DNA of 32,000 nt from Aciduliprofundum boonei T469 (GTDB taxonomy: Archaea > Thermoplasmatota > Thermoplasmata > Thermoplasmatales > Aciduliprofundaceae). Made by a program: the position numbers and the translations under genes. The stretch lies in contig NC_013926.1 in the NCBI RefSeq assembly GCF_000025665.1, positions 90,001 to 122,000 on the forward strand. Direction: 5' to 3'. The notes under the pieces are model-generated. The model was not told the DNA's origin, searched no databases, and saw only the letters and a list, made by a program, of their open reading frames with translations. Shown here piece after piece: positions 7,568-15,835 of the stretch. How positions within the stretch are numbered: the first letter of the stretch is position 1; every line of letters starts with the position of its first letter.

Positions 7568-8695
7568 TCATTCCATGTTTATCATACTATAATTTCTTTT
7601 AGCGGTTTTTCCATTTGGATTAATCTTGATCGCCTTCTTCAAATATTTCTCGGCTTCTTCTTTTTTACCCTTCTTCATCAAAGCTCTCCCCATATTGTTC
7701 AGAGCGAGATAACAATCGGGATTTCTTTTCAGAACCTTTGAATATATCTTCATAGCCCTATCCACATCACCTTTTCTATAGTGCAAATTTCCAAGATTGG
7801 TGAGATAAACATCATTGTCCTCCATATTAACACTCTCTCTCAAAAATACTTCTGCATCATCAAACTTTCCAAGATGCATAAGCGCTATGCCAATTCCATT
7901 AAACAATTTGGCATCCCTGTATCCATTTTCTGATATTTTCCTAAACAGCCCGTAGGCATCTTCCCACTTACCCCTCTCAAGAAGCTTGTATCCCTCATCT
8001 ATGACTTTCATAATTTTATCTTTTTTAATAGAGGCGTATATCAATCCTACAGCAAATATGACATAAACAATCGTGGAGGCTATTATTATAGCGTTATCGT
8101 ATATCCCAAAGGAGCCATTGCTCTTTATTTTGAAGATTTCATGGAAGGGCGGTAGAAGGAAGAATGAAATAGACAGGATTATAAAAATCAGATTTCCTTC
8201 AAGATCCAGAGTTTTCTTAGAGAGTAAGCAAAGACCTGCAACTATGAGAGCAACGGAGAATATAATTACTCCGTAGTCCATACTCAAAGCATATACATTT
8301 AGAAAAGCTTCTATGGGCGGTACTATAGTGAGTATAAGAAATCCCGAAAATATTAGGGCTATATATTCCCATCTTTTATACATTGTCTTCTTGCTAAGAA
8401 TTAAGATAAGTAGCGAAATGAGAACCACAAGCCCTCCTATAAACCAAGCAAAAAATGTTAATATTACTCCACCGCCGAGAACTATTAATGCAGGCAGGAA
8501 GAGTTTATTTATATTACCACTCATAAAAACATAGATAAATGTAATTGCCAGAGATATCAGGCCTAGAAGCATTATACTCTCGGCTGCAAAGATAAACAGA
8601 TTCGTATTTGGTGGAACTCCTGCAAGATATATAACCCACCCAAACACAACTGTGAGGGTATTAAGTGCCAATATTACGGCAATGTTTTTCTCCAT
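7568..8695 (-). CDS. Integral membrane protein with C-terminal TPR repeats
   Basis: 375 aa. The N-terminal roughly 220 aa is strongly hydrophobic with multiple predicted TM helices. The C-terminal part shows TPR-like repeats (WEDAYGLFRKI, LGKFDDAEVFLRESV, GDVDRAMKIYSKVLKRNP, GKKEEAEKYLKKAIKINP). Confidence 0.7.
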   Translation of the reverse strand: MEKNIAVILALNTLTVVFGWVIYLAGVPPNTNLFIFAAESIMLLGLISLAITFIYVFMSGNINKLFLPALIVLGGGVILTFFAWFIGGLVVLISLLILILSKKTMYKRWEYIALIFSGFLILTIVPPIEAFLNVYALSMDYGVIIFSVALIVAGLCLLSKKTLDLEGNLIFIILSISFFLLPPFHEIFKIKSNGSFGIYDNAIIIASTIVYVIFAVGLIYASIKKDKIMKVIDEGYKLLERGKWEDAYGLFRKISENGYRDAKLFNGIGIALMHLGKFDDAEVFLRESVNMEDNDVYLTNLGNLHYRKGDVDRAMKIYSKVLKRNPDCYLALNNMGRALMKKGKKEEAEKYLKKAIKINPNGKTAKRNYSMINME

Positions 8696-8715
8696 TGCTG
8701 GTTATATTGAACACT

Positions 8716-8727
8716 CATTATTTAAAC
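8716..8727 (-). promoter_or_regulatory. TATA-like box for the TPR membrane protein gene (GTTTAAATAATG on minus strand)
   Basis: cattatttaaac at 8716-8727, centred about 26 nt upstream of the ATG at 8695. Confidence 0.4.
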
Positions 8728-8778
8728 TTTCTCACCAAAATTTTAATCTTTAATTGCAATAAAGAACTCGGTGAAAGA

Positions 8779-9522
8779 ATGAGCAAATGGGATAAAAAAT
8801 GGATAATCTTAGGGCACAGGGGATTCAGGAGCAATTTTCCTGAAAATACCTTGAAATCATTTGGAGAGGCCATAAAAGCTGGAGCTGATGGTATAGAGCT
8901 TGATGTTTGGCTAAGTTCAGATGGTTATGCAATAATAAGTCATGACGAGGATTTAGAGAGGGTCTCTGGAGTTCATATGAAAATAAAAGATTCTAAATTA
9001 GAAGATATAAAAAGCGTGGATATAGGCGAGGGAGAAAGGGTGCCCACATTAGATGAGGTGTTTTCCACATTACCGAAAAATGCCCTAATCAACATTGAAA
9101 TAAAAGATGTTGATGCTGTGGAAAAAAGTATTGATATAGTTAGGAAATGGAGAGCTGAAGATAGGGTTATGTTCTCATCTTTCAATATCGATGCATTGAG
9201 AGAAATTAGAAAAAAAGACGAAGATACGATTATTGGACTGCTAATAGAGAAAAAAGAGACCCTACCAATGATTCCTCAAATAAACAAGGAATTGAAATTA
9301 TTCTCAGTGAATCTGCCAATTGACGCCATTGAAATATTCTCTTTTGAAAAGTTCAAAAATACTATTTTGTGGGTAAAGGGAATGGGCCTAAAAATCGTGC
9401 TCTGGGCTGACAAGGATGAAATTTATTATCTGAACGGAAATATAGATAAATTAAAGGATCTTGTAGATATCGTGATAACGGATAATGTAGTTAAGATGAG
9501 AGAGCATCTATCAAAAGATTAA
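8779..9522 (+). CDS. Glycerophosphodiester phosphodiesterase (GDPD family)
   Basis: The ORF track starts at 8665, but homology begins at the ATG at 8779 (MSKWDKKWIILGHRGF..PENTLKSF..GADGIELDVWLSSDGYAIISHDEDLER). A GGTGA SD-like element lies 5 nt upstream. The 5' extension would overlap the divergent promoter. Confidence 0.8.
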   Translation: MSKWDKKWIILGHRGFRSNFPENTLKSFGEAIKAGADGIELDVWLSSDGYAIISHDEDLERVSGVHMKIKDSKLEDIKSVDIGEGERVPTLDEVFSTLPKNALINIEIKDVDAVEKSIDIVRKWRAEDRVMFSSFNIDALREIRKKDEDTIIGLLIEKKETLPMIPQINKELKLFSVNLPIDAIEIFSFEKFKNTILWVKGMGLKIVLWADKDEIYYLNGNIDKLKDLVDIVITDNVVKMREHLSKD

Positions 9523-9548
9523 AATCTTTTGAAAAATTAAAGTTCAGT

Positions 9549-10367
9549 ATGATAATAGAGTGCAAAACCCTTGCAAAAGAGATTAGGGAGAATGCAAAAA
9601 AAGAGGCAAAAGGTAAAAAATTATGGCTTCACAATATAGTTGTGGGCGAGGATGAGGCTTCTTTGGTTTATGCTCGTTCAAATTTAAAGTTGCTTAGAAA
9701 ATTAGGTTTTGATGGAAAAATTCATCATTTAGAGGAGGCAAGTGAGAAAGAGTTGCTGGATTTGATTCAAGCATTAAATGAGGATAATTCTATGCATGGT
9801 ATAATGGTCAATTTTCCACTGCCAGATAACATAGACCCTATGAAAGTCCGTAGCACTATTTCGCCAATAAAAGATGTGGATGGAATAAATCCCATAAACT
9901 ATGGAAAGCTGCTATTAGGTGAAGAAATATTAACTCCTAACACACCTCGTGCCGTGATAAGAATCCTTGAAAGAGAGACAGAGCTCAGAGGTAAGGATGT
10001 TTTGATTATAAACCGCACCCCCGTGGTAGGGAAACCATTATCATTATTGCTCTTAAACAGGGATGCCACTCCCACAATAGCACATTCAAAAACAAGGAAT
10101 TTGAAGGAGAAGGCACTGGAGGCTGATGTAATCGTTGTGGCTGTGGGTAAGCCGAAATTCTTGAAGGAAGACATGGTTCACGAGGGAGCAATTGTAATCG
10201 ATGTGGGAATAAATGTGGTTAATGGCAAAATTGTGGGTGATGCAGATTTTGAGAGTATAGAGAAGAAGGCAAAAATCACTCCTGTTCCTGGGGGCGTGGG
10301 TACAGTCACAAACGCCTGCTTGATTGAAAATCTAGTAAAGGCAGCAAAGTTGCAGGGAGTCATATGA
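9549..10367 (+). CDS. folD: Bifunctional 5,10-methylene-tetrahydrofolate dehydrogenase / methenyl-THF cyclohydrolase
   Basis: 272 aa. The FolD pattern is visible: N-terminal substrate domain (VVGEDEASLVYARSNLK), Rossmann part (VLIINRTPVVGKPLSLLLLNRDATPTIAHSKT) and C-terminal PVPGGVGTVT. Confidence 0.85.
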   Translation: MIIECKTLAKEIRENAKKEAKGKKLWLHNIVVGEDEASLVYARSNLKLLRKLGFDGKIHHLEEASEKELLDLIQALNEDNSMHGIMVNFPLPDNIDPMKVRSTISPIKDVDGINPINYGKLLLGEEILTPNTPRAVIRILERETELRGKDVLIINRTPVVGKPLSLLLLNRDATPTIAHSKTRNLKEKALEADVIVVAVGKPKFLKEDMVHEGAIVIDVGINVVNGKIVGDADFESIEKKAKITPVPGGVGTVTNACLIENLVKAAKLQGVI

Positions 10368-11296
10368 AATTAATCGCAGAGATGTGGGGAGAAAAAATAG
10401 ATTTTGCAATAGGGGAGATAAACGGGATATGCGAGGGTGAAGAACTAAACTGCAAAATTATAAATGTGGATTATCCGGTGGTGATCTTAGAAGCTGAGGA
10501 TTATATTCCAATAAAGAGAGCAGGATTGTTGAGAAGATTATCGAAATTTATCTACTCAGGAAGTAATATTCCAGAGTTGGGAATCGAATTAGAGGATTAC
10601 GCTATAAGAGTAAGAAAAAATGGAAATTGGAAGGAAAGAGAGATAATAAAATCACTTGCAAGAGGCATAGAAGGAAATGTTAATCTTGAAAATCCAAGAA
10701 ACATTGTAAGGGTTTATGCTGGAAAAAATTTGCATGTAGGCTTAGAGCTTTATGATTTTGCAGAGCAATCTTTCGAATCTCGCAGAGCAAAAAATCTTCC
10801 AATATCCTACCCTATAACGATGCATCCACGGCTTGCACGGGCGATGATAAACCTAGCAAGAGTGAAGAAAGGGGCACGGATATTAGACCCATTTTGTGGT
10901 ACAGGGAGCATACTGATCGAAGGGGCACTTATAGGTATGAAAATGTATGGGAGCGATATAGACGAGAGAATGCTAAAGGCGTCCCAGACGAATCTCAAAA
11001 GATTTGGATTAGAGGCCATATTGGAGAAAAAGGATGTTGGTGAGATTGAAGGTTACTATGGTGCAATTGTCACAGATCCCCCTTATGGCCGCTCATCTTC
11101 GTCCATGGGTGAGGGAATCTATAAGCTATACGATAGGGCGTTTAAAAAATTCTCGGAGGTTACATCAAAGGTTGTAATAGCATTGCCAGATGAGAAATCA
11201 ATCAAAATCGGAGAGAGATATTTCGAGCTTAGAGAATTTTATCCGTACAGGGTGCATAAATCCCTCACAAGATACTTCTTATATTTCCATATTTGA
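10364..11296 (+). CDS. THUMP-domain RNA methyltransferase, aTrm11/Trm-G10-like (tRNA guanine-N2)
   Basis: 310 aa. SAM-binding motif ILDPFCGTGSILIEG and catalytic VTDPPYG motif follow an N-terminal THUMP-like region. The ATG overlaps the folD stop (ATGA). Confidence 0.65.
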   Translation: MKLIAEMWGEKIDFAIGEINGICEGEELNCKIINVDYPVVILEAEDYIPIKRAGLLRRLSKFIYSGSNIPELGIELEDYAIRVRKNGNWKEREIIKSLARGIEGNVNLENPRNIVRVYAGKNLHVGLELYDFAEQSFESRRAKNLPISYPITMHPRLARAMINLARVKKGARILDPFCGTGSILIEGALIGMKMYGSDIDERMLKASQTNLKRFGLEAILEKKDVGEIEGYYGAIVTDPPYGRSSSSMGEGIYKLYDRAFKKFSEVTSKVVIALPDEKSIKIGERYFELREFYPYRVHKSLTRYFLYFHI

Positions 11297-11495
11297 CGAG
11301 CTCTCGGAACTTTAAGATCTTAATTTGAGCGGTGAGAACTTTAGCTGATTTTCTTGGAACACCTTCTTTTCTCAGGGTTTTGTAGAATATACGCTTGTAT
11401 TTCTTTGCCTTATGAAGGTAGCCCACATAACTAAAAATAATGGTAATTATTAGGAGGGGTATGTATGCTGTTAGATACAACACCAGTCGTCCCAT
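11265..11495 (-). CDS. Small membrane protein (one N-terminal TM helix, basic tail), hypothetical
   Basis: 76 aa with ATG at 11495. A GAGGT SD-like element overlaps the stop of the upstream gene (gttGAGGTtttcataATG). The N-terminus is hydrophobic (LVLYLTAYIPLLIITIIFSYVGYL). The 3' end overlaps the convergent trm11-like gene by 32 nt. Confidence 0.45.
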   Translation of the reverse strand: MGRLVLYLTAYIPLLIITIIFSYVGYLHKAKKYKRIFYKTLRKEGVPRKSAKVLTAQIKILKFRELVKYGNIRSIL

Positions 11496-11505
11496 TATGA
11501 AAACC

Positions 11506-11889
11506 TCAACTCTCTTTTTCTTTCTTTAACTCTTCGTTTACCTCTTTCATTACCTGCTCTGCAATCTCCTCTGGATTCACATTCTCATTCTTCCATTTCC
11601 CCCAATTTCCCTCAGAGAGTATCTTCTTTAAAATGCCAACAACATCTCTGCTTTCCATGAATTTCTGAGTCAAAGTGAATGCTTGCTCATTGCTCATACC
11701 CGCATCCACCAAGGATTTGTAAAAATTTGCCACCTGTTTGCCAAACTCCTCTGCACTCTGTCCCGAGTAAAGGGCCTCTACAATTTCTCTTATCATTGCA
11801 GGTATGAAATCCCTAAGAGTGCTCATCACTTCTTTAAACTCTTCTATATCCTTTTCGTCATCATCCACTTCTTTTCTTTCTTCACTCAT
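11506..11889 (-). CDS. Acidic helical protein, hypothetical
   Basis: The ORF track starts at a TTG at 11904. I prefer the ATG at 11889 (MSEERKEVDDDEKD...) because GGAGGTGAT lies 4 nt upstream. I recognise no family. Confidence 0.6.
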   Translation of the reverse strand: MSEERKEVDDDEKDIEEFKEVMSTLRDFIPAMIREIVEALYSGQSAEEFGKQVANFYKSLVDAGMSNEQAFTLTQKFMESRDVVGILKKILSEGNWGKWKNENVNPEEIAEQVMKEVNEELKKEKES

Positions 11890-11904
11890 ATTTATCACCT
11901 CCAA

Positions 11905-12339
11905 TTATTCTTTATGGACATCTCCCTTTATATTTATTCCGAGCACTTTTAACCACTTCTTGACTGCATACTCAGATATGGAATATATCCTTTCATTCTT
12001 CCTCTCATCGCATTCTACAATTCCTGCCTCTACCAGATTATTCAATTTCTCTCTCACTATACGCCTAGATGCTTTCCCCCGGGATTTCTTCAATTCATCT
12101 GTTATCTGTGAGGTATTTAAACTTCCGTAGGAGAAGAGAATCTCGATTATCTCCCGAGAAATTGAATCTTTAATCTCTGGAAAAATTATGGTCGGGCTTA
12201 TCTTTCCGTATTCCACATATATGTTTATCAATCTCAGATAAGAAGCGAGAATGTGCCTTATGTAAACTAAATAATCATTTTCCAAATATTTTTCAAGCAG
12301 ATCTTCAACTTTCCTTATCCTCTTCTCCAAATCATCCAC
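11905..12339 (-). CDS. Winged-helix (wHTH) DNA-binding protein, putative transcription regulator
   Basis: 144 aa with a GTG start at 12339. The C-terminal half reads as a wHTH: LNTSQITDELKKSRGKASRRIVREKLNNLVEAGIVECDERKNERIYSIS. It is first in a three-gene minus-strand unit. Confidence 0.6.
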   Translation of the reverse strand: MDDLEKRIRKVEDLLEKYLENDYLVYIRHILASYLRLINIYVEYGKISPTIIFPEIKDSISREIIEILFSYGSLNTSQITDELKKSRGKASRRIVREKLNNLVEAGIVECDERKNERIYSISEYAVKKWLKVLGINIKGDVHKE

Positions 12340-12360
12340 AAGTATTTAATGCTGGTCCGT

Positions 12361-12370
12361 GTATTTATAG
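12361..12370 (-). promoter_or_regulatory. TATA-like box for the wHTH operon (CTATAAATAC on minus strand)
   Basis: gtatttatag at 12361-12370, centred about 26 nt upstream of the GTG at 12339. Confidence 0.4.
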
Positions 12371-12412
12371 GTTTTGAGCAAAATATTTCAGATCTAAACT
12401 CCACGCGAAAGT

Positions 12413-12422
12413 AATAAATAAG
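12413..12422 (+). promoter_or_regulatory. TATA-like box for the serpin gene (TAATAAATAA)
   Basis: Centred about 25 nt upstream of the ATG at 12442. Confidence 0.4.
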
Positions 12423-12441
12423 AGCTATAAGATGGATAAAT

Positions 12442-13683
12442 ATGAAAACTCGTAAAGTATCTTCCATAATAACCTTAATTCTAACAGCTCTGCTATTAGG
12501 CACATATATCTTTCAAAATGCACCTACAACTCAAAATTCAAATAAGAACCTCAGACCTCAATGGAACAATGGTGGAGTTAATACTGAAAATCTTCAAGCT
12601 TTAGGATATGCAAACAACAGATTTGCGCTTTCTCTATTCAATGAAATATGGGGGCAGGAGAATAACACTTTCTTCTCTCCATTAAGCATATGGATAGTCC
12701 TAGCTATGCTGTATGAGGGGGCAGAAGGTGAGAGTGCTGCTCAATTGGAGAAGGTGCTTTATCTACCGAAGAATAAAACGATTCTGCAGGAGAACATAAA
12801 GTATCTCCTTGATGAATTGAATAATGGAGGGAATTATACACTAAAAATAGCAAATGCCCTTTGGCCCCAGATAAATTCATCTGTAAAACAAGAGTATGCA
12901 GAGGTTCTAGAAAATTACTACTATGCGTATCTTCAGTATCTTAACTATGCCAAAGACCCCGAAAAAGCAATAGAGACGATAAACTCTTGGGTTGAAAATC
13001 AAACAAATAGGAAGATAAAAAATTTGCTGCATAAAGGAGATGTTAATCCACAAACAATTCTTGTGCTAACAAATGCTATTTATTTTTATGGATTATGGAA
13101 TTATCCATTTAACGCTTCCAAAACTAATAATGGGTATTTCCTCACCCCTCATGGAAGGGTAAAGGTAAAGATGATGCACGGTGAATTTACATTGAAATAT
13201 ACGGAAGATAAGAATGCACAAGTGGTGGAGCTTCCATACAAGGGCAAAAATATCTCAATGCTGGTTATCCTTCCTAAAACACAAGATTTTGAAATAAATC
13301 TTACCAAGATTCAAAAATGGATAGAGAATCTCAGGGATGCAAGGGTGAATATATCATTTCCAAGATTTGATATGAAGGAGAAATTGAACCTGAAAAATTC
13401 CTTGGAAAGATTGGGAATAAAAGATATATTCAATCCAGCCAAGGCGAATTTAAGTGGCATATCCCAATCAATAAGCGTGAGCAATATTGTACATCAAAGC
13501 TATGTTAAAGTTGATGAAAATGGAACCGAGGCGGCAGCAGCCACGGGCGTATCCGTTGTAGCAACTGCTTTGCCTCTCTTACCCCATGTCGTCTTCAATG
13601 CGGATCATCCATTCTTATTTCTCATAATGGACAAGATAACGGGAAGCATACTCTTTATGGGCTGGGTTGCCTATCCTTCATAG
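12442..13683 (+). CDS. Serpin (serine protease inhibitor) with N-terminal signal/anchor segment
   Basis: 413 aa. The serpin hinge and reactive-centre loop are visible (DENGTEAAAATGVSVVATALPLLPHVVFNADHPFLFLI). Other family blocks include FSPLSIWIVLAMLYEGAEGESAAQL and NAIYFYGLW. The N-terminus MKTRKVSSIITLILTALLLGTYIF is a charged-then-hydrophobic export signal. Confidence 0.9.
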   Translation: MKTRKVSSIITLILTALLLGTYIFQNAPTTQNSNKNLRPQWNNGGVNTENLQALGYANNRFALSLFNEIWGQENNTFFSPLSIWIVLAMLYEGAEGESAAQLEKVLYLPKNKTILQENIKYLLDELNNGGNYTLKIANALWPQINSSVKQEYAEVLENYYYAYLQYLNYAKDPEKAIETINSWVENQTNRKIKNLLHKGDVNPQTILVLTNAIYFYGLWNYPFNASKTNNGYFLTPHGRVKVKMMHGEFTLKYTEDKNAQVVELPYKGKNISMLVILPKTQDFEINLTKIQKWIENLRDARVNISFPRFDMKEKLNLKNSLERLGIKDIFNPAKANLSGISQSISVSNIVHQSYVKVDENGTEAAAATGVSVVATALPLLPHVVFNADHPFLFLIMDKITGSILFMGWVAYPS

Positions 13684-13718
13684 AAAAATGTTAAATCCCA
13701 TCATTCCATAGGGCGATT

Positions 13719-14246
13719 ATGAAGTATTGCCCAAACTGCGGTGCCAAGCTCAGCGACAATTCTAATTTTTGCCCATTTTGTGGTGCAAAACTTGAAGATT
13801 TCATAGTCTATGAAAAGCCCAAAATTGAAATTACCCCCGACTTAATATGCAGGCACTGCGGAAAGGGTAAGCTTATGCTTGTGGATGCAGATAGCGATAT
13901 CCCATTGTATATGTGTCCACACTGCGGCTGGTATTACGGGGATTTTCTGGGTATTGGAAGAGCAATTTATTACGATTCAATCCATTTAAAAATCGGAAGG
14001 ATAATAAAAGCGGAGATAAGAATGCGGGGTCATTTAAGGGTAAATATAAAGAGCACTTCAGATTGGGAAGAAGAAGGTCTCACAGAATTGAGCAAATACC
14101 TACACGATGATTTGAAAGAATACAGTATATCGGATATAAGAGACGCCCTTGTTTATCTCCTTGAAGAAAATGTCATTAAAAGTTATACGGAAAAAATTGA
14201 TGATGAATTTATATGGTTCGGGGTGAGATTTGTTGATAGTGATTAA
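13719..14246 (+). CDS. Double zinc-ribbon protein, hypothetical
   Basis: 175 aa. First ribbon: CPNCGAKLSDNSNFCPFCGAKL. Second ribbon: CRHCGKG...CPHCGWYYG. I do not recognise the C-terminal roughly 90 aa. The 3' end overlaps the nop5-like start by 17 nt. Confidence 0.6.
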   Translation: MKYCPNCGAKLSDNSNFCPFCGAKLEDFIVYEKPKIEITPDLICRHCGKGKLMLVDADSDIPLYMCPHCGWYYGDFLGIGRAIYYDSIHLKIGRIIKAEIRMRGHLRVNIKSTSDWEEEGLTELSKYLHDDLKEYSISDIRDALVYLLEENVIKSYTEKIDDEFIWFGVRFVDSD

Positions 14247-15027
14247 ATGGTATGGAGCATTCAAAATTGAAGAAAATACGAAGGAAAAATATATATTTCC
14301 CGATGAGCAAAGGGCTGATATTATTGTGAAGATAAGAGAAGGGGATTACAGTGTTCTTCCCTTCGATGATGAAAACATAGTTTTTGAAGGAGAGCTCAAA
14401 GATAGGAGTACATTAATATCCACAGCAATAGAGGTTGCCAAGAGGGAGATGAAAGAAAAGCTCGGAGATGATTACATACTCATTGAAAATTTAAACACCT
14501 ATGATGACCTTATCTCAACGATAAACTTGCTGAATGAAAGGTTATTGGAATGGGATAGAATTGCAGAAATCAAGGGAAAGGATATGAGGAGCGGAGAGAT
14601 GTTAAAAAAAGAAATTGAAACCCTGGAAAAATTGAAGGAGGATATAGCAGATGAGATTGATGATTTGAGCAATGTTTTATGTCCAAATCTAGCATTCCTT
14701 GTAGGGCCAATAATAGCAGCAAGACTTATAGCAAGTGCTGGTGGGTTGAGAAGATTGGCAAATTTACCTGCAAGCACAATACAAGTACTGGGTGCTGAAG
14801 AGGCTTTCTTCCGCCATTTGAAATCAGGAGCAAAATGCCCAAAGCATGGCATAATCTTTAGAGTACCGTGGGTTAGAAACTCTCCTAAAAAATTGAGGGG
14901 TAAGATTGCTAGAGCCCTTGCGGCAAAGATTGCTATCGCTGCAAAAATTGATTATTACAAAGGAGATTTTATAGGGGATAAATTAAAAGAGGAAATGGAA
15001 AAAAGAGTGGAGGAGATAAGAAAATGA
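14230..15027 (+). CDS. nop5: Nop5 (Nop56/58-family) box C/D RNP core protein, compact form
   Basis: 265 aa with a TTG start at 14230 (GTG at 14239 is also possible). A NOSIC-like block (INLLNERLLEWD) and a Nop domain are present (CPNLAFLVGPIIAARLIASAGGLRRLANLPASTIQVLGAEEAFFRHLKSGAKCPKHGIIF...LRGKIARALAAKIAIAAKIDYY). Confidence 0.8.
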   Translation: MLIVIKWYGAFKIEENTKEKYIFPDEQRADIIVKIREGDYSVLPFDDENIVFEGELKDRSTLISTAIEVAKREMKEKLGDDYILIENLNTYDDLISTINLLNERLLEWDRIAEIKGKDMRSGEMLKKEIETLEKLKEDIADEIDDLSNVLCPNLAFLVGPIIAARLIASAGGLRRLANLPASTIQVLGAEEAFFRHLKSGAKCPKHGIIFRVPWVRNSPKKLRGKIARALAAKIAIAAKIDYYKGDFIGDKLKEEMEKRVEEIRK

Positions 15028-15398
15028 TAATCATAGATAGAAAAAGTGAGAGAGATTTGTTCTCTCTTATTCAGCAGAATGGCTCTGGCTCCATTGTATC
15101 ATATTTTGGATATGTAAGAGAAGAAGTTGATGGCAAGATAGTTTCAAATATGCTCTGCAAAAAGAGAGAAGATAGCGTGAAGATAATGGAAAAAATTGAA
15201 AATGAGATAAGAGAGGAATTCCCAGTTATAGATGTGATTTTATACCACTCCCTTGGAGATTTAAAGGTAGGCGAGCTAGTTGCCGCGGTAATCGTTTCTT
15301 CAGTGCATAGGGCAGAGGGATTTGAGGCGTGCAGATACGGTATTGATAAAATAAAAGAGCTAGAACCTGTGGAAAGGAAAGATATTTTCAAAGAATAG
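15024..15398 (+). CDS. moaE: Molybdopterin synthase catalytic subunit MoaE-like
   Basis: 124 aa. It aligns by eye along E. coli MoaE: GSIVSYFGYVRE vs GAVVTFTGKVRN; HSLGDLKVGELVAAVIVSSVHRAEGFEACRYGIDKIKELEP vs HRIGELWPGDEIVFVGVTSAHRSSAFEAGQFIMDYLKTRAP. The ATG overlaps the nop5 stop (ATGA). Confidence 0.75.
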   Translation: MIIIDRKSERDLFSLIQQNGSGSIVSYFGYVREEVDGKIVSNMLCKKREDSVKIMEKIENEIREEFPVIDVILYHSLGDLKVGELVAAVIVSSVHRAEGFEACRYGIDKIKELEPVERKDIFKE

Positions 15399-15446
15399 AG
15401 GCAATTATTTTAATATCCCTTCTAATTATCCATTGGAGGTTGTTGT

Positions 15447-15833
15447 ATGAGAGTTAGAGTTCATGACGATCTGCTAATCACGGCAGAAGATGAAAGCACC
15501 GCATTACTTTTATCTGGAAATGGAAAAGCTATGAGTCCAATGAAAGCTCTACTTGCAAGCTTAGGCGGGTGTACCGGCATTGATGTATTGATGATTTTAA
15601 AGAAGATGAGAGAGGATGTAAAGGAGGTAAATGTATACATTGACTACGAAAGGGCAAAAGAATATCCTAAAATTTACACTAAGATAAATCTAAAATATGT
15701 GGTAATAGGGAATGTAAAGAAAGAAAGCGTGGAGAGGGCAATAAAATTATCCGAGGAAAAATACTGTTCCGTAAGTGCGATGCTATCTAAAACAACAGAG
15801 ATAAATAGAAGCTATGAGATAGTAGAAGGATAG
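15447..15833 (+). CDS. OsmC/Ohr-family protein (two conserved Cys)
   Basis: 128 aa. OsmC-like pattern: SPMKALLASLGGCTGIDVLMILKK and LSEEKYCSVSAML. A GGAGGT SD lies upstream of the ATG. Confidence 0.75.
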   Translation: MRVRVHDDLLITAEDESTALLLSGNGKAMSPMKALLASLGGCTGIDVLMILKKMREDVKEVNVYIDYERAKEYPKIYTKINLKYVVIGNVKKESVERAIKLSEEKYCSVSAMLSKTTEINRSYEIVEG

Positions 15834-15835
15834 TT

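Noticed and set aside
12315-12503. A 62-aa minus-strand ORF spanning the wHTH/serpin divergent spacer.
   Set aside because: It runs through both predicted promoters and antisense into the serpin signal peptide, with no SD or TATA of its own. It is most likely spurious.
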